Under the pieces are notes generated by a model. It ran no database searches, was not told where the DNA came from, and was given only the letters and a program-made list of their open reading frames with translations. Positions 1 through 13,373 of a stretch of DNA of 64,000 nucleotides are shown piece by piece. The position numbers and the translations under genes are program-made. This stretch comes from Vicugna vicugna (taxonomy: Eukaryota), in assembly GCA_013265495.1 (NCBI GenBank), contig MU058065.1, positions 8,122,302 through 8,186,301 of the forward strand. The letters are read 5' to 3'. Each line of letters opens with the position of its first letter. The stretch's first letter is position 1.

Positions 1-1379
1 TGATGCTGTGAGGGCTACAGCCCAGGTGGTAATTTCTCATGAAACTTTAAATCTTCTGACATTGCCATCCCAGCAGCCATTTTTCTCCCATTCTTTCAGA
101 GGAAGATGGAATTTCCTTTTTTTTCTTCTTTTTTTTGCCAAAAGCAGGTCTGAGGTATGGGACAGCAACTCATTCTTCTCACCCCAGTGAATTCCACTGT
201 GAAACAGGGATTGCTATCCAGGTACCTAACTGGGAGGGGAGTGAGGGCAGGATGAAGGCAGATCACTTAGAAGTTGTGATGTGGCAATCATTCAGAAGTG
301 TTGTAGCCCAGACAGTGATGTAAAGGGCTCAGCAGCCTCCAGACAAAACATTCATACTTCTTGGCACTGGGAGGCAGGGAAGCTGGGTTGAGATGCCAGT
401 AGGCTCCCACCTGTCTTCCTCCTCCAAACATGACCCTTTGACTTGCAGGCTTGCCCCCTTGTGCTACAGTTTCAGTGAAGCCTGGCAAGGAGACCCTGTG
501 TTGGGATAACTAACCCCAATTCCCCATCAACACTCCAGCCCACTGATGTCTCTCCAAGGGACCTCAATCCACATGCCTTTCTTCACATAAGGGTTCACCC
601 CAAGAACTCAGTCCCAAGTTTAGCCAGTTTGCTTAAGGTTGCTGCTCTGGGAAGAAGAGAAGGAGTTCGCCAAAGACTTTCAGTTTGTTTCTGTGTGAAA
701 CGTTCTATTCTAGCTCTTTCTATGTGCTAGGCACTGTCTACATTCCCCTGCAGTTTATTGAGATAAACAGAACTTGGACCCCAACCTGATTGCTCAGATG
801 AAAGACAGACATTCACACACATTTAACACACCCCTTGCCAGGTCATCATTCAGGGGACAGTTTCAGACCTCACCGTATCCTGCCTGAACAACTTCTACCC
901 TTTGATGTCTCTGGAGAAGCCAAATCTTGGGTGGTGGTGTTTTAGTGCTCATAGGGCCTACGTGACGAGAGGCACGAAGCTCCAGAGGGTGACCTGCATG
1001 CCTCAGTGTCACAGAATCTCAGGTCTCCCCCCAAAGCGTCCCTGCACAGGAATCTAGAAACAGCAAGAATGCTCCTGCCTCCCTCACACGTCTCACTCCT
1101 GCTCTGTCTGTCTGCAGTCTCCTCACCTCCCTTGTTTCACCTCTGACTCACACTTGACTGTATCTCTCAGTTTTCACTAATCTGGAAACCTCCTGTGATG
1201 CTATTATAGGGGTGTTGTCAGACAAGAATGGAGAGTTTCTCCCACCCCCCACAAAATCTGCAGGGGATTAAGAAGACTTGTGAGTCCCAAGACATTAGGA
1301 CAGCAAACATCAAGGGGTCTGCTCAGGAGCCCTGTCCTCTGCCCAGAGACACTTTGTTTATTTCTTTGTTTGTATTTAT

Positions 1380-1835
1380 TTAAGACAAAGGGGAAGGTAC
1401 TGGCTCAGGTGTAAGCTGAAAATTCTAACATGGAGCTGAGGCATGATGAAGAGACATTACTTATTTCTCTAGGCCCTGATTTCTCTCTCCTTGTCTCTCA
1501 ACTCTGCTAACTCTGCTTGGCTCCATCTCAGATCTGCTCTCCCTTGGGGTGGCGAGATGGCCACAGCAGCCCAGGCCCTCACCTCACCTCTAGTCCAATT
1601 CCAATGGAAGTGCCAGGACTGGTCCTCGCTGGTCCTAGTTGGTCTGGATTGGGTCATATGACTACTCCCAAACCTATTACCATTGTCAGGAGAACGCAGT
1701 TCACCCATTGGCGAGACCTGAGCTTCCGGCCACCATTCCCCCAGGGGTGGAGTCAGCTCCATCAGGACCCCACAGAATGGAAGAAAAATGGAAACAGAGA
1801 AAATGAATGCTGATGACCAAAATCAGCAAATGTCT
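1380..1835 (-). mobile_element. Old MLT1-type LTR
   Basis: gatggccacagcagccc...gattgggtcatatgactactccc pattern typical of reverse-oriented MLT1; boundaries approximate. Confidence 0.5.
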
Positions 1836-3239
1836 GTAACAACTAATATTTTGAGTACCATAAACAATTTACATGCATTATGTTGTTTAGCACATATCCC
1901 ATAAGATATCTATAACTAATGGTAAGAAAATCCAAATTTTATCCCAACTGACGGAGAAGGTGTGAGAATCCAGCTCTTCCTGCTTTCAGAGCTATTCTCA
2001 CTCCATTTTGCCTGTAAATCACCCTATCCTACAAACCACTCAATCTTGAAAATCCAGTCTTCTACCACCTCTCTTTCTCCCTTAACCCCACATCCAGTCA
2101 TCACCAGATTCTGTCGTTTCTACCGCCGGCACACACAGTCTCCACTCCATCTCTCCTTGCCCTGCCGTCCCGCTGCCTCTGCCCTGGGTGGCCTTCATTG
2201 CCTCTCTCCCAAATAAAGACAGTAGCTTCCTAAGGGATCCTGGTGTCCCTACCACAGGGTCCCACACTGATGGGCTCAGACCGGACGCAGTTTATAGACC
2301 TGCCTCACTTAGCCTGATTTTTTTTTTTAACCAGCATTTTTAAATTGGTGAAAGATTCCTCAAACATAATTAGTATTTCCAGCTTCTCTTTAAAAAAAAA
2401 ACAGGAAGATCTGGAAAAGTTTTAGGCAAGTTTTACAAATTTCTCTAAGCTTCAGTTTCCCATCTAAACTGGAGATAATAATACTTACCTGATAAGGTCG
2501 CTGAAGTGATTACACGTGGACCCGTACAGAGAAGGTAGGCTCACATGGGCTTCCTGGCCTCCCTGACTATGAAGATGCTCTCCTGGATTCCTGTAGCATC
2601 TTTCTTTAGGTGCCCAAATGGCTCTCACCTGTGTGGTCTCCGTGAGCCTCGTAGCACTCCCATGACGGGGTTAAGAGCAGCTCTGGACACCACTATGTGA
2701 AAAGGAAAAATATGATACTGGGAAACTGGGACTTTTTTCTAATATCACACCATCAGGTAGAACCAGGAATAGTTATTCTGTCTAATATTTTATCCAGGAA
2801 ACTTTGCCAAGTCATAGTTTGTAAACATTTGTACAATGTCTGAACAGAAGAGATCCAGGTGGGACAGAAGGAAGAAGAGCTGTTTGTCCTACCTGCAACC
2901 AGCCACTAAGGGGAAGTTACACAACCTTCTCTGAGGCCGAAGGATTTAGGGGATCCTGATCACGCAAATAATATTCCTTCTGGAAAGACAATGTCTACCA
3001 CTGCACCATTGATCCAACTAAATGCTGTAATCAGTCGTGATTTTAGAGTCATCAGTTGTAATTCTTGGAGAGAACAGCATTATGAAATACTTTGAAACCA
3101 TTAAAAGCAATGAGGCAGATCTATCTATATGTACTGAGACATGGTTTACTAAAAACTGAAGAGCAATAAAAATAAACAATTGGAAGACCTGGCAACATTA
3201 AACCTGAATCTCCCACGCCCATAATGCATAAAACTGCAT

Positions 3240-3295
3240 CGTGGAATTGACACTACATTGTAAACTGACTGTACTTCAATAAAAGTATATTTTAA
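3240..3295 (+). mobile_element. Ultra-short L1 3' tail insertion
   Basis: gaattgacactacattgtaaactgactgtacttcaataaaa, flanked by aaaactgcat at 3230-3239 and 3296-3305. Confidence 0.7.
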
Positions 3296-3610
3296 AAAAC
3301 TGCATAATGACTGCCTGCCTTAGGAAGGGCATCCATGCTTCTGTTTGCCCACCTCCCGTTATTGCCCTTCTTTTTTAAAAGTAAAATTAAAATATTAGAA
3401 TTACTAGAGCCACAGATTTCACCCAAAAGTACAAATAGGAATATAGTGAACAGTCTTCTTTCAACTCATCCTACAGCCAAAGAGCTCCCCTCCCTCAGCA
3501 TTCCAGAGCCAGTCCGTACACACACAACCAAATACACGCGCATATAACAAGTCATGCTCTTTTTTTCTTTTGTTTACAAAAATAATAGCTCACTAAATTC
3601 CCTGCTCTTT

Positions 3611-4328
3611 TTTTATTGAGATATAATTGATTTACAATGTTTCTAGTGCACAGCAAAGTGATTCTGTTTTACATATATACATATATATATGTATATATAT
3701 AATCTTGTTTCTCAGATCCTTTTCCATTGTAGGTTATTAAGAGATATTGAATACAGTTCCCTGTGCTCTACAGTAGATCCTTGTTGTTTATCTATTTTAT
3801 ATTCAGTAATGAGTATCTGCTAATCCCAAACTCCTAATTTATCGCTCATTTGCCTTTCCCCTTTGGTAACTGTAAGTTTGTTTTCTCTGTCTGTGAGTCT
3901 ATTTCTGTTTTATAAATTAGTTCATTTGTATCATTTTTTTTCTATTCCACATATAAATGATGTCATATGATACTTGTCTCTGTCTGACTTACTTCACTTA
4001 GTACGATAATCTCTAGGTCCATTTATGTAACTGCCAATGACATTATTTCATTCTTTTTTATGGCAGAGAAATATTCCATTGTGTGTATATATATCTTCTT
4101 TATCCAGTCATCTGTTGATGGACATTTAGGTTGCTTCCACGTCTTGGCTAGTGTAAATAGTGCTGCTGTGAACATCGGGGTGCTTGTATCCTTTTGAATC
4201 AGAGTTTTGTCTGGATACATGCCCAGCAGTGGGATTGCTGGATCATATGGTAAGTCTATGTTTAGTTTTTTAAGGAACCTCCATACTGTTCTCCATAGTG
4301 GCTGCACCAATTTATATTCCCACCAACA
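3611..4328 (-). mobile_element. 5'-truncated L1 (ORF2 C-terminus plus 3'UTR) with 17-bp TSD
   Basis: ORF 4023-4310 [29 protein letters not shown] taaa(t/c)tccctgctcttt at 3594-3610 and 4329-4345. Confidence 0.92.
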
Positions 4329-7300
4329 TAAACTCCCTGCTCTTTACTCTATATTTTCTCTTAACAATGTCTCTCAGAGATTATTTCATATCTGTACAAA
4401 AGAGAGTTTTCTCATCACTTTTTTTTGCTGCTTTTGTTTTATTTTTGCCTGTTTGGTTTGTTGTGTGTGGAGCGGGGGCTGTTTTTGTTTTTTTACTGCT
4501 GGAGAGAATTTCATTATAGGGATATACCATGGTATATTTAACTGACACCCTACTGATGCACTTTGGGGATATTTCTAATCATTTGCTATTATAAATATTT
4601 CTATAACAAATAATCATATACAAATGGTATCTCACACATAAGTTAGAGTAAATTCTAGAAGTAGAATTGCAGGGTCAAAGAGTGTATGCTAAAATGAAGC
4701 TTTTAACGTCATGGGACAAAACATGGTATCAGAAAGATTAAAAATGGCTCTGGCTACACTTGTTGCATGGCGCTGACTGACGCATATTGATGTCTTGCAT
4801 TGTCTCTTCGACTAGCCAGTAAATTCAAGCAGGGCAAGAATCTGTCTTTTTATCACTGAGAGTTCCTGCTTACCCACAGACCCTGAGTCCATGACCTAAT
4901 AAGAAACCATCAGGCCCCCTAAAAAGTCTCCAAAGGACACCAGAGGGGAAAAGGAGAGTAACTGAACTCCAAGGTCAGGCCACAGGAGAGTGAACACGTT
5001 TCCTTCCAAGACAAGGAGCTGTAACAGGCGCCACTCTCCTAGTTGGCCTGAGTGAGAACACTACTGTGAGGCCAGACTCTCTGTTCCAGGAAGGGAAAAG
5101 TTGAGCTGGAGATAGAAAGGTGGTCCATCAGGGGAAAGACAATCAACCCTCTGGCCTCATTTTAGTTTTAACTAGATCCACATTTGTTCTCCAGCTTGGC
5201 AGAACGATGTTGACAAATGCCTTTGTTTTCATCCAGATATTCCCCAGATGGTTTCTGGAGTCCCTGAGCGGTGTTTTAACACAGACCTGCTCATAGGATC
5301 GTCAAGAGGTCTCATCCCTAAGCAAATTCAATACAACAGAATGAACAAGTCCTTGGTGCTAGCTTGAATTTTCTCCAAACCCAGTATTAAGGCCTGATGC
5401 ACTTTTCAAACATGGAGGCCACCAGTAGGCCCACAGTGAAGTTTGCTGAATGCGTGAAGACAGAGTGTTGAAGGTGTCGGAAGATGACACAAAGGGTTTG
5501 AGGATCTCTTCCCTCCCAACCCAGTAAAGCCAGGTTTGGGAAGGAGGAAGGAGAAGAAGGACTGGGGGAAAAGGGGGAGGAGAGAGCTGGTCCTGCCTGG
5601 GGAGAAGGGGATGAGCCTGGAAGGGAAGCAGAAGAGAAGTGAGGCAGAAGCTCTCCACAATCTGCTTCTCTCTCTCTCTCTCTCTGTCTCTCTTTCCCAG
5701 TCTCTCTCTCAGGAAAGGAAAGGAGGAGATGGAGATGGGAGGAGAGGAGGGCAGAGGACAGAAGAGAAGAGGAGAAAGGAGAGGAGAGTTGGGGACACAG
5801 GAAGACCTGCAGGGCTTCTGGGCACCTGCTTCCCAAGCGGGGAAGAGCAGACACCTAAACCCCCACCGAATGTCCTTAATGGAAACTGCGGGTCTTCCTG
5901 GAGGAAGACCACAGAGTCCACGAGAGGCTGCCTCCTGGGAGGTTATGGAAACAGGGGCTGCGGGCAGGCCAACTGGAGAGGCGTTTCGGCAACGGTTTGC
6001 CCTGGTATGTGAAAAATTTTTCCTGCTTAGATAGTTGGCAAACATTTGAGAGGCAAAATGGAATTTATTAAGAGAAAATATTTGTCAAGGATTGTTCCGA
6101 CTGTTCCCTCCCCCCTCTCTCTGTTCTTTTCTTTGTTTCGCTCTCTCTCTCTCTCTCTCTCTTTTTTTCCCCAGTCTTCCTCTTCTCAGGGTGGAGGACT
6201 TCATCAACAAGATTCTTTCATCTTCCTTTGCAGTTTGGATCTTTAAGCCTGTCTCAAAAGAAGAGGGAGCCGGCTTTAGAGGGAATGCTCGTCACCGCCC
6301 ACCCCCACCCCCACCCCACAACAGGATAGCTTCTCTCCCTGCAGGTGTCAGCTTTCCCCCCGGGAAGAGCTTGGACTGACATGGAATTATCTTTCCAGAG
6401 GATTCCTCCTGTTTCCCCTGGCATGGGCTTGGAGCTCATAGAACTGCATCTGAATCTATAATTATTATTAGTGGTGTGGCTTTCCTCTTTCTGAGCCTCC
6501 ATTTCCTTAGGAGTAAAATGAGGGGGGAATAATACTTATCTCTTGCCACTGTTGTGAAGACGAAATGAGAAAGCGTGCTGGTACAGGGTCTGGCCCGGAG
6601 CAAAACCTCAGCGGATGTTAGTTCTGCTCCTTCTGGCACAGGACAGAGACCCTGGTGGTAACCTGCCCACAGGGTTAATCAACCAAGGCTTAGAATATGG
6701 AGCCTTGGGTATCAGTTAATAAATGAGAGGTAAGACCCAGCCTTGATGAAGCCTACACTTAACCAGAGGCAGCAAAAATAGACAATGTTTATTGAGAGTT
6801 TACTAAGAACCAAGATTTTAAAAACCTTTACCAGTGTTATTTAACCTACCCAACTACCCTCCTATTATCCCAAGGCCAATAGAATTAAAGTGGCTAAACC
6901 AGCATTGTGCCCAGACCATCTCGTTCCCCTACTTTCTTAATGAAAATGAATGCCCCATTGCTGCAGCAATGAAAGGGAAACACAGAATCATATTCTTGAG
7001 AACTGAAAGGGCTTGGAGATCAGCTTTTCCAGTTCTGTTTTCAGGAGGAGGAAAATGAAGCCCAGAGAGGGGAAATTCTCACCCAAGGCCATGTAGCTGG
7101 CAATGGTGGAGCCAGGACTAGAAGCCTGGCTTCTGGAATTCTGGGTCAGTGTCCTACCACCTAGAAAGAGAGGAAGAGTCACATCCACTGGGGAGAGAGA
7201 TTGCTGGTTGGTCACATTGCCCTTGAGAACTGCGGGTCTCAACTTAGATTCCCAAATGGGAATTTAATCCAAATCTCACCCACCCCAAACCAAATGTTTT

Positions 7301-9386
7301 CTCAAGCACCTTTGATTGGGTGCCTGCTGTGAGGGAGGCATCCCAGAGTGCAGACACCATAGGGGAGACTGAAGATGGAGGATCCCGTATTGGTGGACTG
7401 GGAACTGGCCAGAGATGAGCTAGAACGTGGCAGCTGCAGGAACATGAATGCAGAAGCAATTGTTAGGCTCTGTGTGGAGATGCCGAGGAAGAAGGACCTG
7501 TGGCCTGCTTCTAGAGGGGTCAGAAAGATTCATCTGCAATGACCCTGAGAAACCATGGGCAAGTCTTCATTGTTTCCCATCTAAGCAGAGCCCAATCATA
7601 CCTGTACACACAGATACAGCCATACAAGTTCTTAAAATATTGGAAACATCCTGTAGCACTTGATAAACAGCCAAGTGAGCCCCACTAGTGCCACTGCCCA
7701 CCCCACCACCACTCTCTTGCGCGGCACCTGCATACCTTCCTCCAGTCCAGCAACTAAAGAGTTAACGCTTGACCCAGCAGAGGTCCTGGAGAGAGCCTGC
7801 TCCTGCCTTTGGAGCTGGCTCTCTGTTAAGACTGGTCTAGGACTAAAATCATTCTTACTGTTTTTAGATAGTTTGAATGTTGCCCCCAGATGAAACTACC
7901 CAAATGGAATGAGGCATCTAAACAGAGCCACATGGGGTCCATCTGAGGTGGCTCCCTGGAGGACAAATCTTGCAAAAGAAATCTGAAGGGGTAAGAGATG
8001 CAATTTAGTGGCTGGGAGAGTGAGGGTTTGGACAAAAGCTCTGATTAAGGGGCAATCCTCCTGTGCACTCTGGGGTTTAAACACAGGGTTCAGGCGCCGC
8101 TGTGGACATCCCTCTGCCCTCAGCTGCCCTCTGGGCCCCTCCCCTGCAACAGACCCTGAGGGCAGGCCTAGCAGCCAGCGGCCACATTATTAATACTCCT
8201 TGATCTGCCCGACTCCCTGTGGTTTCCCTGCCAGCAGTACCCTCCCTCCCCTCATTGCTCCTGGACAACACGTGCTGGAAGAATGCAGGTCAGAACAGCC
8301 ACAGAAGGCTCCCCAGCAACCCCTGAAATCCTTTGCCTGGCAGACCCGCCAGCGGTTATCCAGGCAGGGTTGAGGGTAAGAGGCTTTCACTGGGATGCAG
8401 ATGTTTTGCTGGTAGAGGTTCAGTAACTTCCAGGGGATGGTGTTCTATATCTTGTGACAGCCGGGGAAGGGTTCCTTAAGGCTTCATCTCAGTCTCTTCT
8501 ATTTAAAGGGAGAAAGGGCTAATTGGACCACTCACCTTCCCCTGTCTTGCTAAAGAAATACAGGGGCCAGACGGGAACTCATTTCACTGGCTCTGGAGCT
8601 GGACATCCTGGGTTCACATCCGGGCTCCTCCCTTATCAGCTGTCTGACTCTGACAGGTTACCTAACCTCCCAGAGCCCAGTTTCCTCATCCATAAAATTC
8701 AAATAATAATTTTATAATAATAATAACTCAGGGTCCTTGAAAGGATTAAATGAGGTGGTGGATGGAACGCACCTACCCATGTGACTATGGTTCATCCCCT
8801 TCTCTTCCTTCATCTTTTGAAGCTGGGCAAGAAAACAAAAATTATGCCCCTAGCCATTCAAATATTTATAAAGTAAGTTGAGGAGTTTCTTCTGCCAGCC
8901 AGAGGCTTTCTCACATACCTTCACCTGGTCTTTTCTTTCCTTGGGCTCCCCATCCCTGGTCCTCTCCTGGGAATAAAAGGGTAAGAGGTGCCCAGAGAGT
9001 CAGAAGATGGTTCCTGAAGCTGAGCAGACATTCCAGAAGGGAGGGCTCATGAGCTCAGGAGCCTTCCCAGAGAGCATGGTGTTTAACCATGGAACGTTAC
9101 TTCTAGGAATCAAAGTGAAAACATTCAAAGATTTAAAGTTTCAAAGATTTAGAGATTTACAGATAAGGATATGAGATGCATGTGTGTCTATACACACATG
9201 CATATGTTTGACACATATATTTATTTGACATTTAGGTTGTGATAGACATATGATGTAAAATATATATGTGTATTTATATATAAACATAAACTAAATGTCA
9301 AGTAAATGCCAAACAAATTAAATAAATAAGTAAATAAATAAATATTTATGCTAGGATATTATCAAGCCATTAAAAATTAGGTTTGG

Positions 9387-10034
9387 TGCACCCCAGTGTT
9401 TATAGCAGTGTTATTTACAATAGTCAAGCTATGAAAGCAAACTAAGTGTCCATCAGCAGATGAGTAGATAAAGAAGATGTGATACACACACACACACACA
9501 CACACGTATATATATATATACACACATACGCTATGGAGTATTACTCATTTATAAAAAAGAATGAAATTTTGCCATTTGCAACATGGGTGGACTTGGAGGG
9601 TATTATGCTGAGTGAAACAAGTCAGACAAAGAAAGACAAATCCTGGATGGTATCACTTATATGTGGACTCTAAAATAAAGAAAACTAGTGAATATAACAA
9701 AAAAAGCAGCAGACTCACAGATGTAGAAAGCAAACTATACCTATAAAAATCGTAGCTATAAAAATGGTTACCAGTGGAGAGAGGGAAGCGGGGAGGGACA
9801 TGATAGGGGTAGGGAATTAAGAAGTACAGACTACTGTGTACTTATTTACTAAAATAAATAAGCTACAGGAATCTATTGTACAGCACAGAGAGTATAGTCA
9901 ATATTTTATAATAACTAGAAGTGGATATAACCTTTAAGATTGTAAATCACTGTATTGTACACCTGAGACTTATGTAATATTGTACATTAACTATACCTCA
10001 ATTAAAAAGGGAAAGAAATACAGTGAAGCACCAA
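9387..10034 (+). mobile_element. 5'-truncated L1 with perfect 15-bp TSD
   Basis: ORF2 tail MEYYS.IKKNEILPFATW.DLEGIMLSE; TSD aaaaattaggtttgg at 9372-9386 and 10035-10049; TT/AAAA endonuclease site. Confidence 0.92.
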
Positions 10035-11990
10035 AAAAATTAGGTTTGGGAAAATATAGTTATTAAGGGAGAAAAAGTACAGTGGAAAGTCAAGGCAGAA
10101 ACTGTATTCATGGCACGATCTCAAGTATTCAATAGATGTCTGAGTACAGATGCAAGGCTGGAGGGAAATTCACCAAAATATGAATTCCGGTCAACTCTGA
10201 GAGCTGGAATTAAAAGTGAGTTTTATTTCCTTCATTACAAAAGTAATCCATGTCATTGTAGGAAATTTGAAAAATGCAGAAAAGGTTGATTTGAATTTTT
10301 TAAGTATCTTAAAAAAAAAAAAAGAATGGGTGGTTTCAAATGGACCCACCCAGAACATCAGCGGTCACAATGATCAGCTCCTCCCCGACCTGCTACCCAC
10401 CTCCAATGTTTGCAACACTGTCGTCCCTACACAACTACACAGGCGTGCATACACGCAGGTGCACACACAGCACACCTGAGATTCCCACCTAGGTATGGGG
10501 CCAAGTCCCTTGGGGTTGTTGGAGGCGCCTGAGGCTGAGAAGAAGGTGTCTGCTGGAAGGGTGGAAGAGAAAAAAACAAGCGGAGGCGGGGCATGGGGAT
10601 TGCAAGGGAGACGTGAAATGAAAAGGGGGAGCTGGTTTCTCGGAATGAAATTCCTGCAAATCACCATCTTCGTTCAGAGAGATGAGCTGAGTTTTTTCAG
10701 AGAAAGGAGAGTCTACAGGATGGCTGGGGTGGCAACTGCTTTAAGAAAAGTGGAAGCAACTGTCTCAAAGGGCTTCGCGGTAACAAACCGCCCCATGACG
10801 GTGGCTAAAAGAGCAACACGCGTTCATTGCGCTCAGGTACTTGCGGTTTGGGCGGGGCGGGAGGGGGCGGCTCGTCCCTGCCCCCACACTCTGTTGGCTG
10901 GGCTGGCTGGACCGGGAGCTCCAGGATGGCTCACCCACAGGGCTGGCACCCCAGCGCTGGGTGTACAGCCAGGGCCATGGGCTCAGAGCATCGGCTCCTC
11001 CCTACGTGGGTCTCCCCTCTTCACAGCCTACTTTGGCTTCCCCTCAGCACGGTGGCTGGCTTCCCAGAGTCAGCATCCCGAGAGACAGGAAGCGGCAGCT
11101 GCCAGTTTCTGAAGACCTGGGCCCAGATACAGGCCCAGCGCCTGGTCTGCTGAATTCATTCATCAAATAGACACAAGGCCAGATTCAAGCGGAGAGACAG
11201 GGGAGACAGATCCCACCTCTCAAGAAGAAGAGGGTCAAAGAATCTGGAAACTGTGTTTTAAAACTGCCACAGAGGGGGACAGACAAGATCAGTTCTTGGG
11301 GGAGGGGGGAGGTTCCTCCAGACCAAGCAGTTTATAACATCTTAGCAGTCGTGAAGGATGGACAGGGTAAGAAAGAGCCACACCACAGCATATCCGTAAA
11401 GCAGCAGCCTGCTCCTGCCGGGCAAAGGAAAGCTCAGTTTCTCTCTTTGGCCCACCTCCCTGGCCCCCACAATGTGGATCCCTCCAGCCTCTGGTCTACC
11501 CCGCTCCCCACCCTACCCCGCCCCTAATGACTTTAAGCAACCTCCTGACCGTCCCCAGGGCTATGCTGTGACTCCTCAAAGCCAGCTCTAGAAGCCAGAA
11601 AATGTCAGAGATCACTCAGGTGTCCCTGAGAAGGCCACTTTCTCCCCATGGAAATAAGGAATGGCCTGATGAGGGGAGGGGGAGCTAGCTGTGCTTTGTC
11701 CAATCAGTGTGCAGCCCCATGAGACTGCTCTTCTCATGGACTTCAACTCCATAAAGGATGGAGTCTGGCCCCTCATACTCAGAGGACACTGAGGCTTACA
11801 GCAGGGAAGAGGCTGGCCTAGAAAAGACAGGACTAGAACCCAGTTCTCCAGACCCCAAGCTCAGTGCCCCACCACCCCAGCCCATCTCTTAGGGCATGTT
11901 CATGGCCTACTACAGAGTTTCTGCTGTGAGTGAGGCACTTACCACAGAGAAGCTCATTTTTGTTGAGAAGATATTTCTAGTCCAGCACCC

Positions 11991-12205
11991 CACCCAGAAA
12001 CCCCGGGCAGGGCATCAAAACATTTCCTCTAAAGAGGCCAGGGGCCAAGGAGAGGTCTGCAAAGCTAGAGCAATCTGCTCCCCATTCCCAATCTCACCAC
12101 CCCCACCCAACCCAAACCTCTCCAAAGTCAGCAGGGCCACCTTTCGTAAAGGTGGGGACTGTGCTTTCCATGACATGACATAGCCAAGGCTCATACATCA
12201 TAACA
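11991..12205 (+). repeat. Local direct duplication, copy 1
   Basis: Aligns by eye end to end with 13151-13373. Confidence 0.9.
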
Positions 12206-12276
12206 ACGATGCTCTCAGTGAATTAGGTAAAAAAGGATGCTGTGTGACAGGCTTCTCATGCCCCCTTCCACACCAT

Positions 12277-12311
<35 letters not shown>

Positions 12312-12314
12312 CAC
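12277..12314. repeat. (AC)n microsatellite, one interruption
   Basis: Read directly. Confidence 0.95.
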
Positions 12315-13150
12315 CTGGCCCCCCAGGTCCCATGCCTGGGATTTTGCTATCTCACTTCAATATTGTGGCTGTCACAGTGGTGGGAAGACTGGCACCTGAA
12401 TCCAGGCGTCTGGGCATGAAAGCCAGGAGTGTTAAAGTTCAACAGCACACCCACCAGGTCACCGCACATGGCTGTACAAGTCGTAACCTGCCTCAGGGCA
12501 TCCAGGTGAAGGGGCAAGTGGAGACTGAAATTCTGCTGGGGGCTGACTTGCCCAGACATGCCCCTTCAGGCCGCAGGGACCCCGTGCCCCTCACCCTTCC
12601 CCACCGGCAAGCAGAATCCACCCTCCCAATATTTCTGGTTTAATAAGCCATTTAACAAATATTTATTGAATATCGATTGTGTGCTGGAAACTTACAGACA
12701 CTGGGAATAAAACAGAAAAGCGAGGCAAACAAAATCCCTACCCCTGTGAAACCTGTGCCTCCTGGAGGAGACAGTATCAAGCCAGGGGTCGTGAGTGCTA
12801 TCAAAGCAGTGAAGTAGAGAAGGCACGGAGGGTGCTGGAGCGCTGCTTTAGACACCTGGGTCTCGGAAGATCTTCCTAAGGAAGTGATGTTTGAGCCGGG
12901 ACCTGAATGGAGTAAAGGGGCCAGGAGGAGATAAGTGAGACCCAAGCTGAGGAGGCATCAACATCAATGCCCTAAATGGGGGGATCCTGGTATTTGAGGC
13001 CCGAATGAAGTGAGTCAAGGGAAGAGTCGTAGGAAATGAACCTGCAGAAATAACAAGGGCTCCTGGCACGGGTGAACTGGCACTTGTTTAGTGCCAACTA
13101 GGTGGCAGGTACCTGCCTTATTCACCTCTCAAAACCACCCTAGGTGGACA

Positions 13151-13373
13151 CACCCAAAAATCCCGAGCAGGGCATCCACACATTTCCTCTAAAGAGGTCA
13201 GAGGCCGAGGAGAGATCTGCAAAGCCAAGGCAATCTGCTCCCGACTCCTGAGCTCACCACCCCGACACGACCCACCGGGAGTGAAACTTCTCCAGTCACC
13301 AGGGCCATCTTTCGTAAAGGTGGGAACTGTGCTTTCCATGACATGACGTAGCCAAGGCTGACACACCGTAACA
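13151..13373 (+). repeat. Local direct duplication, copy 2
   Basis: Shares acatttcctctaaagagg, gcaatctgctccc, tttcgtaaaggtggg, actgtgctttccatgacatgac and tagccaaggct with copy 1. Confidence 0.9.

Noticed and set aside
5359..6045. 228-aa ORF and overlapping 130-160-aa ORFs
   Set aside because: They arise from low-complexity CT/GA tracts, have non-ATG starts and show no recognisable domain.
10495..11112. 205-aa ATG ORF
   Set aside because: GC-rich stretch with no recognisable protein family or supporting exon structure; probably chance.
13092..13110. CTCF-like CAACTAGGTGGCAG
   Set aside because: Mismatch at a highly conserved core C; not supportable without ChIP data.
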